From positions 36,661 through 100,660 of the forward strand of contig JAUSJG010000004.1 in NCBI GenBank assembly GCA_030647555.1: a stretch of 64,000 nt of DNA, given 5' to 3'. The notes beneath the pieces were generated by a model. It searched no databases and had not been told where the DNA came from. It saw nothing but the letters and a program-made list of their open reading frames with translations. How positions within the stretch are numbered: the first letter of the stretch is position 1; the number at the start of each line of letters is the position of its first letter. This stretch comes from a bacterium (lineage in GTDB: Bacteria > Patescibacteriota > Andersenbacteria > UBA10190 > CAIZMI01). Made by a program: the position numbers and the translations under genes. This document shows, in pieces, positions 41,130 to 52,509 of this stretch.

Positions 41130-41650
41130 TTAAAAAGAAAAAACCGTGCGCAGGTCTCTTGGTATCGATGTTTTTTGGATAGGGTGGGGTGGGCACCACA
41201 ATCTTAAAACATCAGAGATTGCGCACGGCAAGAACAGTATAGAACAAAGTGGCACCCGAGCAAGGTGCGATCCTCTCACGCACGTTCTCAACGCGCGGAT
41301 CCTCATAAAAACATTTATTTTACAAATGAGGCGCAAGGATTACGCAACAACTTGCCCGGGTTACCACTCGTAACAACAACTAGGTGGAAATTCCACCCAC
41401 TGTTGTGACGCTATACCATCAGATTTGAACACTCTTTTTCAGTCACCCAGTCGGCCATAAGGGCGTCGAATCTCTGATTGCTCAAATCTAACGGCATATT
41501 TACTATAGCTGGTACAATGAACAGTCAATATATAGATATAGATTTTTCATCACTTCGTCAAACCCTCCTGACATGTTTGATAGTGGCGGTACTGTGGAGG
41601 GACAGCACCGCCGCTACCAAGCGCCTCTAAAAAGGCCTTTTGTGAAGTAA
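41130..41650 (-). ncRNA. candidate large structured RNA (~515 nt)
   Basis: TTGACA-N17-TACACT promoter (41685-41657); five consecutive folded domains with mostly minus-strand G-U wobbles; 3' hairpin plus U tract; no long ORF. Confidence 0.6.
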
Positions 41651-41824
41651 CCGATCAGTGTATCCCAGGGGTGAATTTTTGTCAATGAGGTGCGAATTTG
41701 CTGAAAATTAGTGCTTCGCTAACCCAAATATATTAAAATCACAAACAAAAATATGCCGAAAATGGATCCTTATCCACAATTAAAAAACTCCCCTTTTTGT
41801 CAAAACTTCAGATGTATTACGAGA

Positions 41825-42859
41825 TTACTCGTGCTCTTTCTTGATTGAAAGATAAATCTCCATAAGTGCAAAAAGTAAACTAACCATCAACGGGCCCAAT
41901 ATAAAACCAAGTGGGCCAAAAAAAGCAATTCCACCAAGTATTGATAAGAGAATAATGAACGGATGAATATTTACACCCTTTTCCATAAACTTCGGACCCA
42001 AAAAATTATCAACTAAACCGACAGCCATAACAGACCAAATAAGCATACCTAGTGATGCCAAAAATTGACCGCTCAAGAAAAGGTAAATAATAGCGGGAGT
42101 CAAAACCAAAGCCGTACCTACTCCCGGGATCAACGCCGCAATTGCCGCGGTACTCCCCCAAAGGGTTGGATTTGGCACTCCAAAGATGGCAAAACCAACC
42201 GAGGTTAATATACCCTGGATAACAGCAACAACCAAAGTGCCACGAATTACGGAATTTACAGCGACGATAAGTTTTTTTGCGATGGTTTCATCATGCGTAT
42301 CGTGCAGAGGACTTAGGGTAATTAAGTAAGCCTTAAATTTTTGGCCGTCCTTAAAGGTGTAATATAGTGCCACGAGAAATATAAACGAGCTAATAAGCAG
42401 GCTGGCAATGTTTGAAAACACCGGACCCAGGTGCTGTAGTAGCCAGGTTAATCCTTGCTTTAGATATTGGTTTAGGTCTACGGAGAAATTAAGAGGCAAT
42501 GAGGTTATATCTCTTACCTGGTTGATCGTTTTTTCAGCATATTGCGAAATATTGGTTGTGTTGCTTTCATCCGTAATCGAAGAGTACATCCCCGTTGCTT
42601 CATAAAAAATATTTATTCCCACAAAAATGAGAGGCATAACAGCTATAACCAAGACAATAATTGTAGAAATAAAGGCTGCTAGACCCTGTTTGTTGCGGGA
42701 AATTTTAAGAATTACACGGTGAACAGGGGCAAAAATCGTAACAAAAACCATTGCCAAAATTATTGCTGAAATGAATGGTTTGAAGACATAAAAACTTAGG
42801 ATAATAGTCCCCAAAATTAGGCTCACCAAGAAGATTGTCTCAGATTTTTTTTGTGGCAT
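41825..42859 (-). CDS. AI-2E family transporter
   Basis: about 8 TM segments, IPGVGTALV, VDNFLGPK, GFILGP. Confidence 0.9.
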   Translation of the reverse strand: MPQKKSETIFLVSLILGTIILSFYVFKPFISAIILAMVFVTIFAPVHRVILKISRNKQGLAAFISTIIVLVIAVMPLIFVGINIFYEATGMYSSITDESNTTNISQYAEKTINQVRDITSLPLNFSVDLNQYLKQGLTWLLQHLGPVFSNIASLLISSFIFLVALYYTFKDGQKFKAYLITLSPLHDTHDETIAKKLIVAVNSVIRGTLVVAVIQGILTSVGFAIFGVPNPTLWGSTAAIAALIPGVGTALVLTPAIIYLFLSGQFLASLGMLIWSVMAVGLVDNFLGPKFMEKGVNIHPFIILLSILGGIAFFGPLGFILGPLMVSLLFALMEIYLSIKKEHE

Positions 42860-42981
42860 TGGTGTTTAATTGATTACAACTTTATTTTATACTATCTGTT
42901 TGATGTAATCAATGATGCAAGCTTTAGGAAAGGGAGGAATAGTTACAACTTTACCAAATAACCAACTTTGCGTGTGATCTG

Positions 42982-44109
42982 TTAATACCAACCCATTCCT
43001 ACCACTAACACGCCCGGATCTGTTTTAACGTCCAAAATTGCTTTTCCGGCAATATCAAATATTTGTAATCCTTTCACGTCGTAGCTAAAAAAGTTTTCCG
43101 ACACGGCCGGCAGTGTGGGAGAAATCAACAGCGCGGGTGCCTCAAAAACTTTCGTCACTTGATTTGTGTGATTGTCAAAATATGCCAAGGAATGATCCAG
43201 CATCAAAAATAGTCGATTATCACCGGACCAGTTTAGTTGAAGATTGCTGATCGAATCGTTGATTTGTACAGGTGTCACCTTCTTTGTTGCAAGATCAAAG
43301 ATAAAAGGAGTTAAGTTGGCAGGCCAATCCTTGTGTTTTCCCGCATAAAATGCCAAATACCTGCCATTTTGCGATAAGTTGGTATTAAATTCGACCGCCT
43401 CATTTTTGTGGATAAAGATTCGTTCAATTTCGCCATTGGTGTTATTAATTTTATTCAAAAAAAGTGAGTTGTATACCAACTTGGTCGGATCGTTCGGATT
43501 CACGGAATCTTCCGTAAAGCCTTGGTAAATGTACTCGGCATCGTTCGGAATTAGAAGTTCGTTCAGCATTGCGCTTCCCTTTATGATGTCTTTGGAGAAA
43601 ATGATTCTGCCGTCGTTGGTATCATTTTTTTTAATGTTCTGGTTTTGACCATTTATCGTACTCATCATGATTGAGTGGTCGAATTTGTTTACTGCCCAAC
43701 TGTTGGAATGTTCAGACGTTTCAAAAATAAGCGTTGGGGCGGTTTGGTTCCAACCGATTTTGTAGAAACGCGAAAAACTGGTGCCATCCTTGTTCATTGG
43801 CGCGCCATCATATTCAGATTGGCCTTTTGTTAAATAGAAAATTTCATTTGTTTCTGGATTGTATTGCACCGGGTAAGAAAATTGACTGCTGGAAAGATAA
43901 TCAGAAACCGGTACGGATTTACTTGCCGTGACTCGTTTTGTTATGACATCAATCAGCTGGATTTCCAGCGTATTCTCTGTTTTTGTTGCGACAAAAAGGA
44001 TGCTTTTTGCAACAGTTACCTTCCCCACCCTCAAAAAAATAGCCCCGGCAAGAATGCCAAAAACGATGATAGTTAATATAGAAATTGTGCGAGAAGTGAG
44101 TATTTTCAT
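42982..44109 (-). CDS. membrane-anchored hypothetical protein, probable beta-propeller
   Basis: N-terminal TM; LSQNGRYLAF and WSGD-type TolB-like blades. Confidence 0.7.
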   Translation of the reverse strand: MKILTSRTISILTIIVFGILAGAIFLRVGKVTVAKSILFVATKTENTLEIQLIDVITKRVTASKSVPVSDYLSSSQFSYPVQYNPETNEIFYLTKGQSEYDGAPMNKDGTSFSRFYKIGWNQTAPTLIFETSEHSNSWAVNKFDHSIMMSTINGQNQNIKKNDTNDGRIIFSKDIIKGSAMLNELLIPNDAEYIYQGFTEDSVNPNDPTKLVYNSLFLNKINNTNGEIERIFIHKNEAVEFNTNLSQNGRYLAFYAGKHKDWPANLTPFIFDLATKKVTPVQINDSISNLQLNWSGDNRLFLMLDHSLAYFDNHTNQVTKVFEAPALLISPTLPAVSENFFSYDVKGLQIFDIAGKAILDVKTDPGVLVVGMGWY

Positions 44110-44125
44110 ATACGATTCTAAAAAT

Positions 44126-44224
44126 TCATTTTAACAAAATATGATATTCTTGCTCGTCTTGTGAGGTCACTAATCTATTGTCGATAAATATCGCGACCCT
44201 AGTTTCTTGTTTGTTTGACTCCAT
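44126..44224 (-). pseudogene. possible truncated NYN-domain RNase remnant
   Basis: 32-aa ORF MESNKQETRVAIFID... matches the NYN N-terminal RVAxFID strand, then diverges. Confidence 0.4.
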
Positions 44225-44249
44225 AAAAAAACATTAATCTTATTAAATA

Positions 44250-44354
44250 AAAATAACAAGAGCCCCGTTAAGGGCTCTCGTTGCTTATCACTGCCGAAGC
44301 AATAGATAAGGATTTGTTCTGTTTGTATTATAGTCCTCTATCAATACTTGTCAA
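44250..44354 (-). ncRNA. consensus promoter plus ~70-nt hairpin RNA and terminator
   Basis: TTGACA-N16-TATAAT; CTTATC/GATAAG stem enclosing GC-TTCG-GC; GAGCCC/GGGCTC stem plus T tract. Confidence 0.5.
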
Positions 44355-44606
44355 TACTGTCATTTAAACTTGTCATTTAAACACTACTTTCGAGTGCCTG
44401 TCCCGCGAAACTCATCAGAGTGAAGTGGGACGCCCACCAAGAATCGGCCTCGAAATGTGTAATTGAAATTTCACATTTCTGGCCACCGGCAATCGGTTTC
44501 GCTTCAAGCGAAACATCGATTGCCGTTCGATTCTTGTCGTAACACAAGCAGTTGTGTTACTTGGGCGAACCAATTAAAAACAACCCGCAAGGGGTCGTTT
44601 TTAATT

Positions 44607-44682
44607 TGGTGCGCCCACCAAGAATCGAACTTGGAACCGTTGGCTTAAAAGGCCACTGCTCTACCAATTGAGCTATAGGCGC
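44607..44682 (-). tRNA. tRNA-Lys(UUU)
   Basis: GCGCCTATAGCTCAATTGGTAGAGCAGTGGCCTTTTAAGCCAACGGTTCCAAGTTCGATTCTTGGTGGGCGCACCA; 76-nt cloverleaf with encoded CCA. Confidence 0.96.
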
Positions 44683-44904
44683 CCGCCTTCGCTTTGATTC
44701 CCTATCAAAGCTACGGTGGGCAAGCATCTGGTTTATAGACCAATTACTTGTCCACCGAAGCTCTGAACGATTTCAGAGCGAAGGTGGAAGCTATAGGCGC
44801 GTACTTGATAGCTATTATTAAAGGCTATTTGTGATAATTTTGCAAGAAAAAAACCGCATTCACATGGAACGCGGTTTCGTCGAGCGCTTCTGTCACCGTG
44901 GTGA

Positions 44905-46308
44905 CTAGGAGCGCCGACTCTTTTGTCCACGATCTTGAGCGTGCTGGCGACGTTGCGCTGCCTTGCTCACCTCTGGCACCGTGACCTCGGACAGAAACGT
45001 CTCACACAACTCGCGGATGCGAGTCGCGTCGAGCCGGGCCTTTTCGACCTGGCTGTTGGTCAACGATCCATTCATGGTGATTCCGCTTGCCGCTTGGAAG
45101 TACCACCGATCGTTGGTCACGAACCCGTCGGCCGTCAGCAAGGCGTCATCAAAGAACGCCGTCTCCCGCTCTCCCTCTTCGGCCGCCAATTCTTCTTCGG
45201 CGACACGAATCGACTTAATGAGGTCGACCATGTCTTCCGAATTAAAAACTTGGTAGTTCGGAGCGATGAAGAAATGGCCGCCGACGCCCGATCTGATTTG
45301 GAAGACCATCGAGGCTTCCACCGGCCCGCCGTAGATCTTGGGCAATCGAGCGGCCTTTCCGAACGCCTTGTTGTCCGTCTCGCCGACGCACAACACCAAA
45401 GGTTTTCCGCTCTTGTGGTTGCAGACCTTGATGATCTGCGCCCCTCCTTGAGCGATGAACTCCTTGGCGTCCAGAAATTGTTGCTGCTCGGCAATTTCGG
45501 CTTCGAGCCAGGTGCGAACGAAGCCCTTCAGAGCCTCTGCCGAGACCTTTCCCGAGCGATGCATGGTCTCAACCATAGCCGCCACGTGCATCGGGTGGCC
45601 GGGTCGGCCGTTTTCCTCCGTGCACTGCTTCATGAGGCGCTGAATCTCGGAGTAGAGCTGGTGTTGTCCCAGCCCGGCCCCATAAAGCGTCGCCACGAAC
45701 ATCGACCGCCCTTCCTGGGCCCGCCGAATCGAACCTCCTTCACGTTCGGCCAAACAGCCCGCGGCGATCCGATCGAAATTCTTCGCCGGTCCGTCGCAGC
45801 CACGGTAGTCCGTTTTCAACAACGCGTACAAGTACAGCGACAACCAGCTGATCACTTCATCGAAGTCGTTGATCGAGCCGATTTTCTTGATGACCTGTTC
45901 CGCGTGCCACACGTGCGGCGACGCGTTGGCGTCACTGTTCAGGACCTTCTCGACGAACAAGTCGAGACGCTCGTTTTGTTCTCGCATTTCCAAGAACTTC
46001 ATCACGAGCGAGGTCGCACACTCATTGTCACTGCTTCCGTCGCGCTGGTGTTCATCAAGCGGATCCCCTTTGCCACCACACCCAACGCGCAGGCGACCGT
46101 GCTGATGAAGCTGGTCGAACCAGTCACCATCATGCAGGTTTTTGTCATACAAGACTACCTTGGCGTTAAAGATGCCCGTGAATTTTTCATCACCAAACAT
46201 CCTCAGGATGCAGACGGACGACGCTTCGTCCAAATGAGCCATGAGTTCCATGTCATGAACAATGATTTCAGTGACGGGAACCGCGCTGACCAGAGTTTCA
46301 TTACTCAT
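44905..46308 (-). CDS. high-GC hypothetical protein, MYG1/DHH-like metal-dependent hydrolase
   Basis: VH....AHLDE, VGCGG...DEH, CATSLV, NGSLT; own promoter TTGACA-N17-TATACT (46474-46446) and terminator near 44847-44877; start inferred at 46308. Confidence 0.65.
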   Translation of the reverse strand: MSNETLVSAVPVTEIIVHDMELMAHLDEASSVCILRMFGDEKFTGIFNAKVVLYDKNLHDGDWFDQLHQHGRLRVGCGGKGDPLDEHQRDGSSDNECATSLVMKFLEMREQNERLDLFVEKVLNSDANASPHVWHAEQVIKKIGSINDFDEVISWLSLYLYALLKTDYRGCDGPAKNFDRIAAGCLAEREGGSIRRAQEGRSMFVATLYGAGLGQHQLYSEIQRLMKQCTEENGRPGHPMHVAAMVETMHRSGKVSAEALKGFVRTWLEAEIAEQQQFLDAKEFIAQGGAQIIKVCNHKSGKPLVLCVGETDNKAFGKAARLPKIYGGPVEASMVFQIRSGVGGHFFIAPNYQVFNSEDMVDLIKSIRVAEEELAAEEGERETAFFDDALLTADGFVTNDRWYFQAASGITMNGSLTNSQVEKARLDATRIRELCETFLSEVTVPEVSKAAQRRQHAQDRGQKSRRS

Positions 46309-46518
46309 CTTTCTCTTCCTTCTTATTTGGTCCCCGAGGGGACGTTGGGAAAACAGCGAACCAGACTTTGAGACGGCACCCGTCTCTCTCATGAGCGTGT
46401 TTTTACCTCAAAACAAGCTCATAAAAGCAGGTGAAATAAGAGAAAAGTATACTCCCGAAATCAGATTTTGTCAATGGTGCCGGTTTGGAGGTATTATGAG
46501 CATGTTAACAACGTCGTT

Positions 46519-46576
46519 CGTAGGGGAGCACGTCCCCGTGCTCCCGTGGGCGGGGACGAGGACGTCCGCCCCTACG
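46519..46576. repeat. GTAG-type REP element
   Basis: CGTAGGGGAGCACG...CGTCCGCCCCTACG with two internal hairpins. Confidence 0.65.
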
Positions 46577-46593
46577 GATTAATACAAATCAAA

Positions 46594-47241
46594 ATGAAAC
46601 AAAAAACAAAACACGTCGCCTTATTTACTACCGCCATCTCTGCGATTATTGTCACGGTGTTTTGTTTGGCTTACATCACGGCCAATGCGTCCAATCGCTA
46701 CAACTTTTCCGGCCAAGGAATCGTGAGTGAAAATAATTTGAACGAAAAATATATCCGCGTTTCTTTCAAACAAATTTCCAAACAGGCTGTAAGTTTAGCC
46801 GGAAGCGAACCGGTAACGGTGCGGGTTAATCAAGCGAAATTTTATAAACCAAATGTAGCCGGCGTAATTCTTAAACTGCAACAAGAAAAAATTAGTGTTG
46901 GAACATTGGTAACAGTGTACGGCGCGGTTAAATCAGATAACTCGTTTTCTGCCAGCAAGGTGACGATTGTTCCCCGCAAATTTAGAATTCGCGGAAAATT
47001 AATCGCCATGCGCAAGGACTCGCATGTTTTGACAATTGAAGTATCCGCGAGCACTTATCAACCGACTAAATATGTCGGTAAAACACTGGAGGTTTCGTAT
47101 ACCGATTCGTTCAAAGTTACCCAATCGGGCGGTAACAAAGATGTGAATAATGTTGAACCGTTAAATCAACGCGTGATTATTGACGGAGTGATTGTTGGAG
47201 ATGATGCGTTTGAGGCGATACAGATGAATGATCCACTATGA
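46594..47241 (+). CDS. secreted/anchored protein with two OB-fold-like (DUF5666-like) repeats
   Basis: signal/TM followed by two repeated G....V.V.G....F.A..V units. Confidence 0.65.
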   Translation: MKQKTKHVALFTTAISAIIVTVFCLAYITANASNRYNFSGQGIVSENNLNEKYIRVSFKQISKQAVSLAGSEPVTVRVNQAKFYKPNVAGVILKLQQEKISVGTLVTVYGAVKSDNSFSASKVTIVPRKFRIRGKLIAMRKDSHVLTIEVSASTYQPTKYVGKTLEVSYTDSFKVTQSGGNKDVNNVEPLNQRVIIDGVIVGDDAFEAIQMNDPL

Positions 47242-47264
47242 CAAAATTCGTGAGCGAATTTTGT

Positions 47265-47389
47265 AAATCCCAAACATCAAATCCCAATGTCCAACAAAAC
47301 CCTAAAAATCAAAATAACCAAAACGGCACGCTTTTGGGGTTTTTGAAATTATGATTTTGTTGGGATTTGGTCATTGGGATTTGGGATTT
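47265..47389. repeat. 7-nt-periodic inverted repeat (AAATCCC unit)
   Basis: AAATCCCAAACATCAAATCCCAATGTCC ... GGTCATTGGGATTTGGGATTT; relative at about 53975-54097. Confidence 0.75.
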
Positions 47390-47443
47390 ATATTCAACAT
47401 TATTACTGATTCCTGCTTGTAGCAGGAATGACACGCCAATTAT

Positions 47444-48562
47444 TTATCCAAAGAATCCCTTCTTCTTCCCTACTTCCTCGAACTCTCTAAGCAACTCTTC
47501 TTGTCTCTTTGAGATTTTTTTCGGTACATCCACAACAACTTTCAATATCTGATCACCACGACGATCCACGGCTCCGTGTTTAATTCCTTTTTCAGGCATT
47601 CTAAATTCAGCCCCCGGTTGCGTGCCTTTTGGAATCACAAGACCAAACTCTCCATCAACCGTTTCGACATTAATTTCTCCACCAAGTACGGCGATGGCAA
47701 ATGGAATATGCGTTTCGGTGTGAATATTGAAACCCTGGCGCGCAAATTGCCGATCTTCTTTGACCGAAACGGCAATATATAAATCGCCAACGGATCCACC
47801 GAATCGAGGCGCATCACCTTCACCGGTAATTCTAATCCTTGTGCCATTTTCTATTCCGGCGGGAATTTTAATTACCAACGTTTCCAATTGGCGGGTGCGT
47901 CCTTCGCCGTGACATTCCCTGCATTTCGCTTCCGCCTTCTTTCCTTCCCCATGACAATCTGAACATTCTGCTTCCTGCACCATTGTGCCGAGAATTGTGC
48001 GTACTTGTTGGCGCACAACACCGGAACCCTTGCAAGTGCTACAAGTAACTATTTTTGTGCCGGGTTCCGCGAGATTTCCTTTACAGTGCTGGCATGTGCG
48101 ATTGCGATTAAGCGAGACTTCCCTCTTCACGCCAAAAACCATCTCTTTAAAACTGATTAACATATCAATTTGCAAATCCGAACCGCGATTGCGTTCGCGC
48201 GCGCTAGATCGATTGCGCCCGCCTCCGCCACCAAAAAATTGCGAGAAAATATCGCCAAAACCACCCAAATCTTCGAAGTTTACGTCAAATCCTTGACCGC
48301 CAAATGGATTACCGCCAAATCCGCTCGCTCCGCCGTCACCATTTCGACCCGCATCCTCAAAAGTTTGGCCGTATTGGTCGTATTGTTGTTTTTTCTCCGC
48401 GTTGCCCAAAACCTGGTAAGCCTCATTGAGTTCCTTAAACTTCTCTTGATCGCCACCCTTGTCGGGGTGGTGTTCGTGCGCCTTTTTCCGGTAGGCGCGT
48501 TTAATCTCATCTTCCGATGAGTTTTTATTAACACCTAAAATTTTGTAGTAATCCTTGGACAT
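47444..48562 (-). CDS. dnaJ: chaperone DnaJ
   Basis: J domain HPD, G/F-rich region, four CxxCxGxG-type zinc repeats. Confidence 0.98.
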   Translation of the reverse strand: MSKDYYKILGVNKNSSEDEIKRAYRKKAHEHHPDKGGDQEKFKELNEAYQVLGNAEKKQQYDQYGQTFEDAGRNGDGGASGFGGNPFGGQGFDVNFEDLGGFGDIFSQFFGGGGGRNRSSARERNRGSDLQIDMLISFKEMVFGVKREVSLNRNRTCQHCKGNLAEPGTKIVTCSTCKGSGVVRQQVRTILGTMVQEAECSDCHGEGKKAEAKCRECHGEGRTRQLETLVIKIPAGIENGTRIRITGEGDAPRFGGSVGDLYIAVSVKEDRQFARQGFNIHTETHIPFAIAVLGGEINVETVDGEFGLVIPKGTQPGAEFRMPEKGIKHGAVDRRGDQILKVVVDVPKKISKRQEELLREFEEVGKKKGFFG

Positions 48563-48573
48563 GGTGAAATTTT

Positions 48574-48720
48574 GTATATGGTATTTAGTATATAGTATAT
48601 GGGTTTAGAATTCCCGAAGGAGATAGAAAGTTGATTTGGATATATTATCTGTATTCGTCACATGTTTAACATTTAGCGGTTCTGAATAAATCCATATACC
48701 AAATACCATATACTACATAC
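48574..48720. repeat. 7-nt-periodic inverted repeat (CATATAC unit)
   Basis: GTATATGGTATTTAGTATATAGTATATGG ... CCATATACCAAATACCATATACTACATAC. Confidence 0.75.
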
Positions 48721-48792
48721 AAACGTGTTTTCCGACCAACCTCCGTCTTGACGACAGAGGTTGAATCGCAAAACATTTGCCCAACAACTGTT

Positions 48793-50727
<1,935 letters not shown>

Positions 50728-50779
50728 TTAATAATTAATTAACATTTTAAGTTCCGTCTCATTCATCATTCATAAATCT

Positions 50780-51307
50780 TTATTCATCATTCACCGTTGG
50801 ATTATCCGAAACTTTCACCTTCGCCGGTCGCAGAACCTTGTTTCCCAACTGATACCCCTTACTTACTACCGTTAATACTGTTCCGGCCGGTTTCGTCTCG
50901 TCTTTAATGTGTTCCACTGCTTCGTGATATTTTGGGTCAAATGGGACGGCGGTCGCGTCAATCGGCTCTACTCCTTGTGTTTGTAACGCATTGAGGAAAG
51001 CTTTTTGAATATTTGTCATCCCGATTACCCACTCGTTTTTACTAATTTCCTCCGGAATTGTTGTAAACGCGGCGTCAAAATAATCTAGAACCTGTAACAT
51101 CGATCTTAAGGCCTCTTCTGTCCCATTCATTCTTGCTTTCATGTTCTCCTCGCCCATCCTGCGATGCAGATTTTCATAATCCGCCATTGCCCTTTTCCAC
51201 CCGGCTAAATTTGTTTCCGCTTCTTCTTTTAATTTCATTTCTTCTTCATTAGGAGTTATGTGACTGTGAATTTTTTGCGCTTTGTCTCCCCTTTTTAAGA
51301 TGTTCAT
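50780..51307 (-). CDS. grpE: nucleotide exchange factor GrpE
   Basis: RAMADYENL, FDPKYHEAV, GYQLGNKVLRPAKVKV; start inferred at 51307. Confidence 0.95.
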   Translation of the reverse strand: MNILKRGDKAQKIHSHITPNEEEMKLKEEAETNLAGWKRAMADYENLHRRMGEENMKARMNGTEEALRSMLQVLDYFDAAFTTIPEEISKNEWVIGMTNIQKAFLNALQTQGVEPIDATAVPFDPKYHEAVEHIKDETKPAGTVLTVVSKGYQLGNKVLRPAKVKVSDNPTVNDE

Positions 51308-51308
51308 T

Positions 51309-52031
51309 TTATTCTTCTCTCCCTTCATTTTCAATGATGTTCGCGAAAGCATTAAGCAGTTGGATGTTGTGCTCATAGCGCATTCTGGTTGGTCCGATAA
51401 TGGCCAATAATCCTCGTTCTCCACTTGGTAAATCGCAGGCGGCCAAAATCATACTGACGTGTTTTACGTCCGCGAATGGATTTTCTCCACCGATATAAAC
51501 TTGCGGAATCTTATTTAATTTTAAAACTAAGTCTTCGTAGTTATCTTCCAAAACATCTAAAATTTTTGAAACATCCAGCAAGCATTCCGCATCGGCGAAT
51601 TCCGGTTCTCTGATTAATTCCGGCAATCCCGCTTCATGAAATTCATCACGGTCAATTAAACCGGCTACCGCCATATTTTGTGACAATCCCGCTAAAAGCT
51701 TTGCCGTTCCGCGTGCGAGACGATTATGTTGCGCTCGGGCATTCAAAAGCTCTGATTTTAAGCGATTAATTTCATTTTTTGTGAGGTATTCATCCTTGAT
51801 CGTTTCATCCACAAAATATCGATAACCTTTATCAGTTGGAATTCGGCCGGCCGAAGTGTGTGGTTGAGTTAAATAGCCCGCATCTTCCAACCAAGCCAAT
51901 TCCGCACGCACCGTTGCCGAGCTATACGGGAGGTTATAATTTTCCGTCAAAGATTCGGAACCGATCGGATCGGCCGTTTTGATGTATTCCCGTACCAGGG
52001 CTTTTAAGATTTTATCTTGACGTTCTGTCAT
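51309..52031 (-). CDS. hrcA: heat-inducible transcription repressor HrcA (short form)
   Basis: SSATVR, QPHTSAGRIPTDKGYRYFV, IIGPTRMRY. Confidence 0.95.
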   Translation of the reverse strand: MTERQDKILKALVREYIKTADPIGSESLTENYNLPYSSATVRAELAWLEDAGYLTQPHTSAGRIPTDKGYRYFVDETIKDEYLTKNEINRLKSELLNARAQHNRLARGTAKLLAGLSQNMAVAGLIDRDEFHEAGLPELIREPEFADAECLLDVSKILDVLEDNYEDLVLKLNKIPQVYIGGENPFADVKHVSMILAACDLPSGERGLLAIIGPTRMRYEHNIQLLNAFANIIENEGREE

Positions 52032-52063
52032 TAGTTTCTATGTAATTTAGATGATAATGCAAT

Positions 52064-52090
52064 TTAGCACTCTAAGCAATAGACTGCTAA
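52064..52090. promoter_or_regulatory. CIRCE operator
   Basis: TTAGCACTC-N9-GACTGCTAA (1 mismatch to consensus), upstream of hrcA. Confidence 0.92.
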
Positions 52091-52248
52091 TTATGCTAAT
52101 GGAAATAAAAATGATGTCAAGAGAATATCCCCCGTCGCCACGTAAAGTCGCTTCGGCAACCACGCGGCTATGGGGGATTATTTTTCTTTGTGAAGAAAAA
52201 TAAAAAATCCATGCGCCGGTGCACATGGATTATCTCGCGTAATTCGAC

Positions 52249-52509
52249 CTATTTGGTCTGGTCGGTAAACCGATCTTCGTCACCGCTCATAAAGTGAGCG
52301 ACGGCAAAAACCAGAAAACTTGCTACACAAATATTGACTGGCCAATAACTTACTAGGGTCGAGAATGTGCTGGAGAAATAGAACTTTAATACCGTGTTTG
52401 AAAATAACCCGACAAATCCAACCACAGTGATAATCACAATCTGGCTAGCAAAGAGTGCACCGGAAACTAGAGCAATGACACCACTTGATACCCCGACAAT
52501 GCGCAGCAT
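52249..52509 (-). CDS. 86-aa hydrophobic membrane protein (cassette A)
   Basis: MLRIVGVSSG...; own promoter, purine-rich RBS and terminator; resembles 52658-52912. Confidence 0.6.
   Translation of the reverse strand: MLRIVGVSSGVIALVSGALFASQIVIITVVGFVGLFSNTVLKFYFSSTFSTLVSYWPVNICVASFLVFAVAHFMSGDEDRFTDQTK

Noticed and set aside
41130-41650. Identity as RNase P RNA, tmRNA, T-box or lysine riboswitch
   Set aside because: Only short look-alikes (CACCCGAGCAAGG, GTGGTAACC, AGAGGCGC). GAGGAAAGTCC, tRNA-like ends and antiterminator context are absent, and aspS has its own promoter
41770-41778. Perfect DnaA box TTATCCACA as a possible oriC
   Set aside because: Isolated box with no cluster or dnaA nearby; strand bias suggests a terminus region
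44923-46371. 482-aa ORF antisense to the high-GC gene
   Set aside because: Antiparallel shadow typical of GC-rich coding DNA; promoter, RBS, terminator and motifs all favour the minus strand
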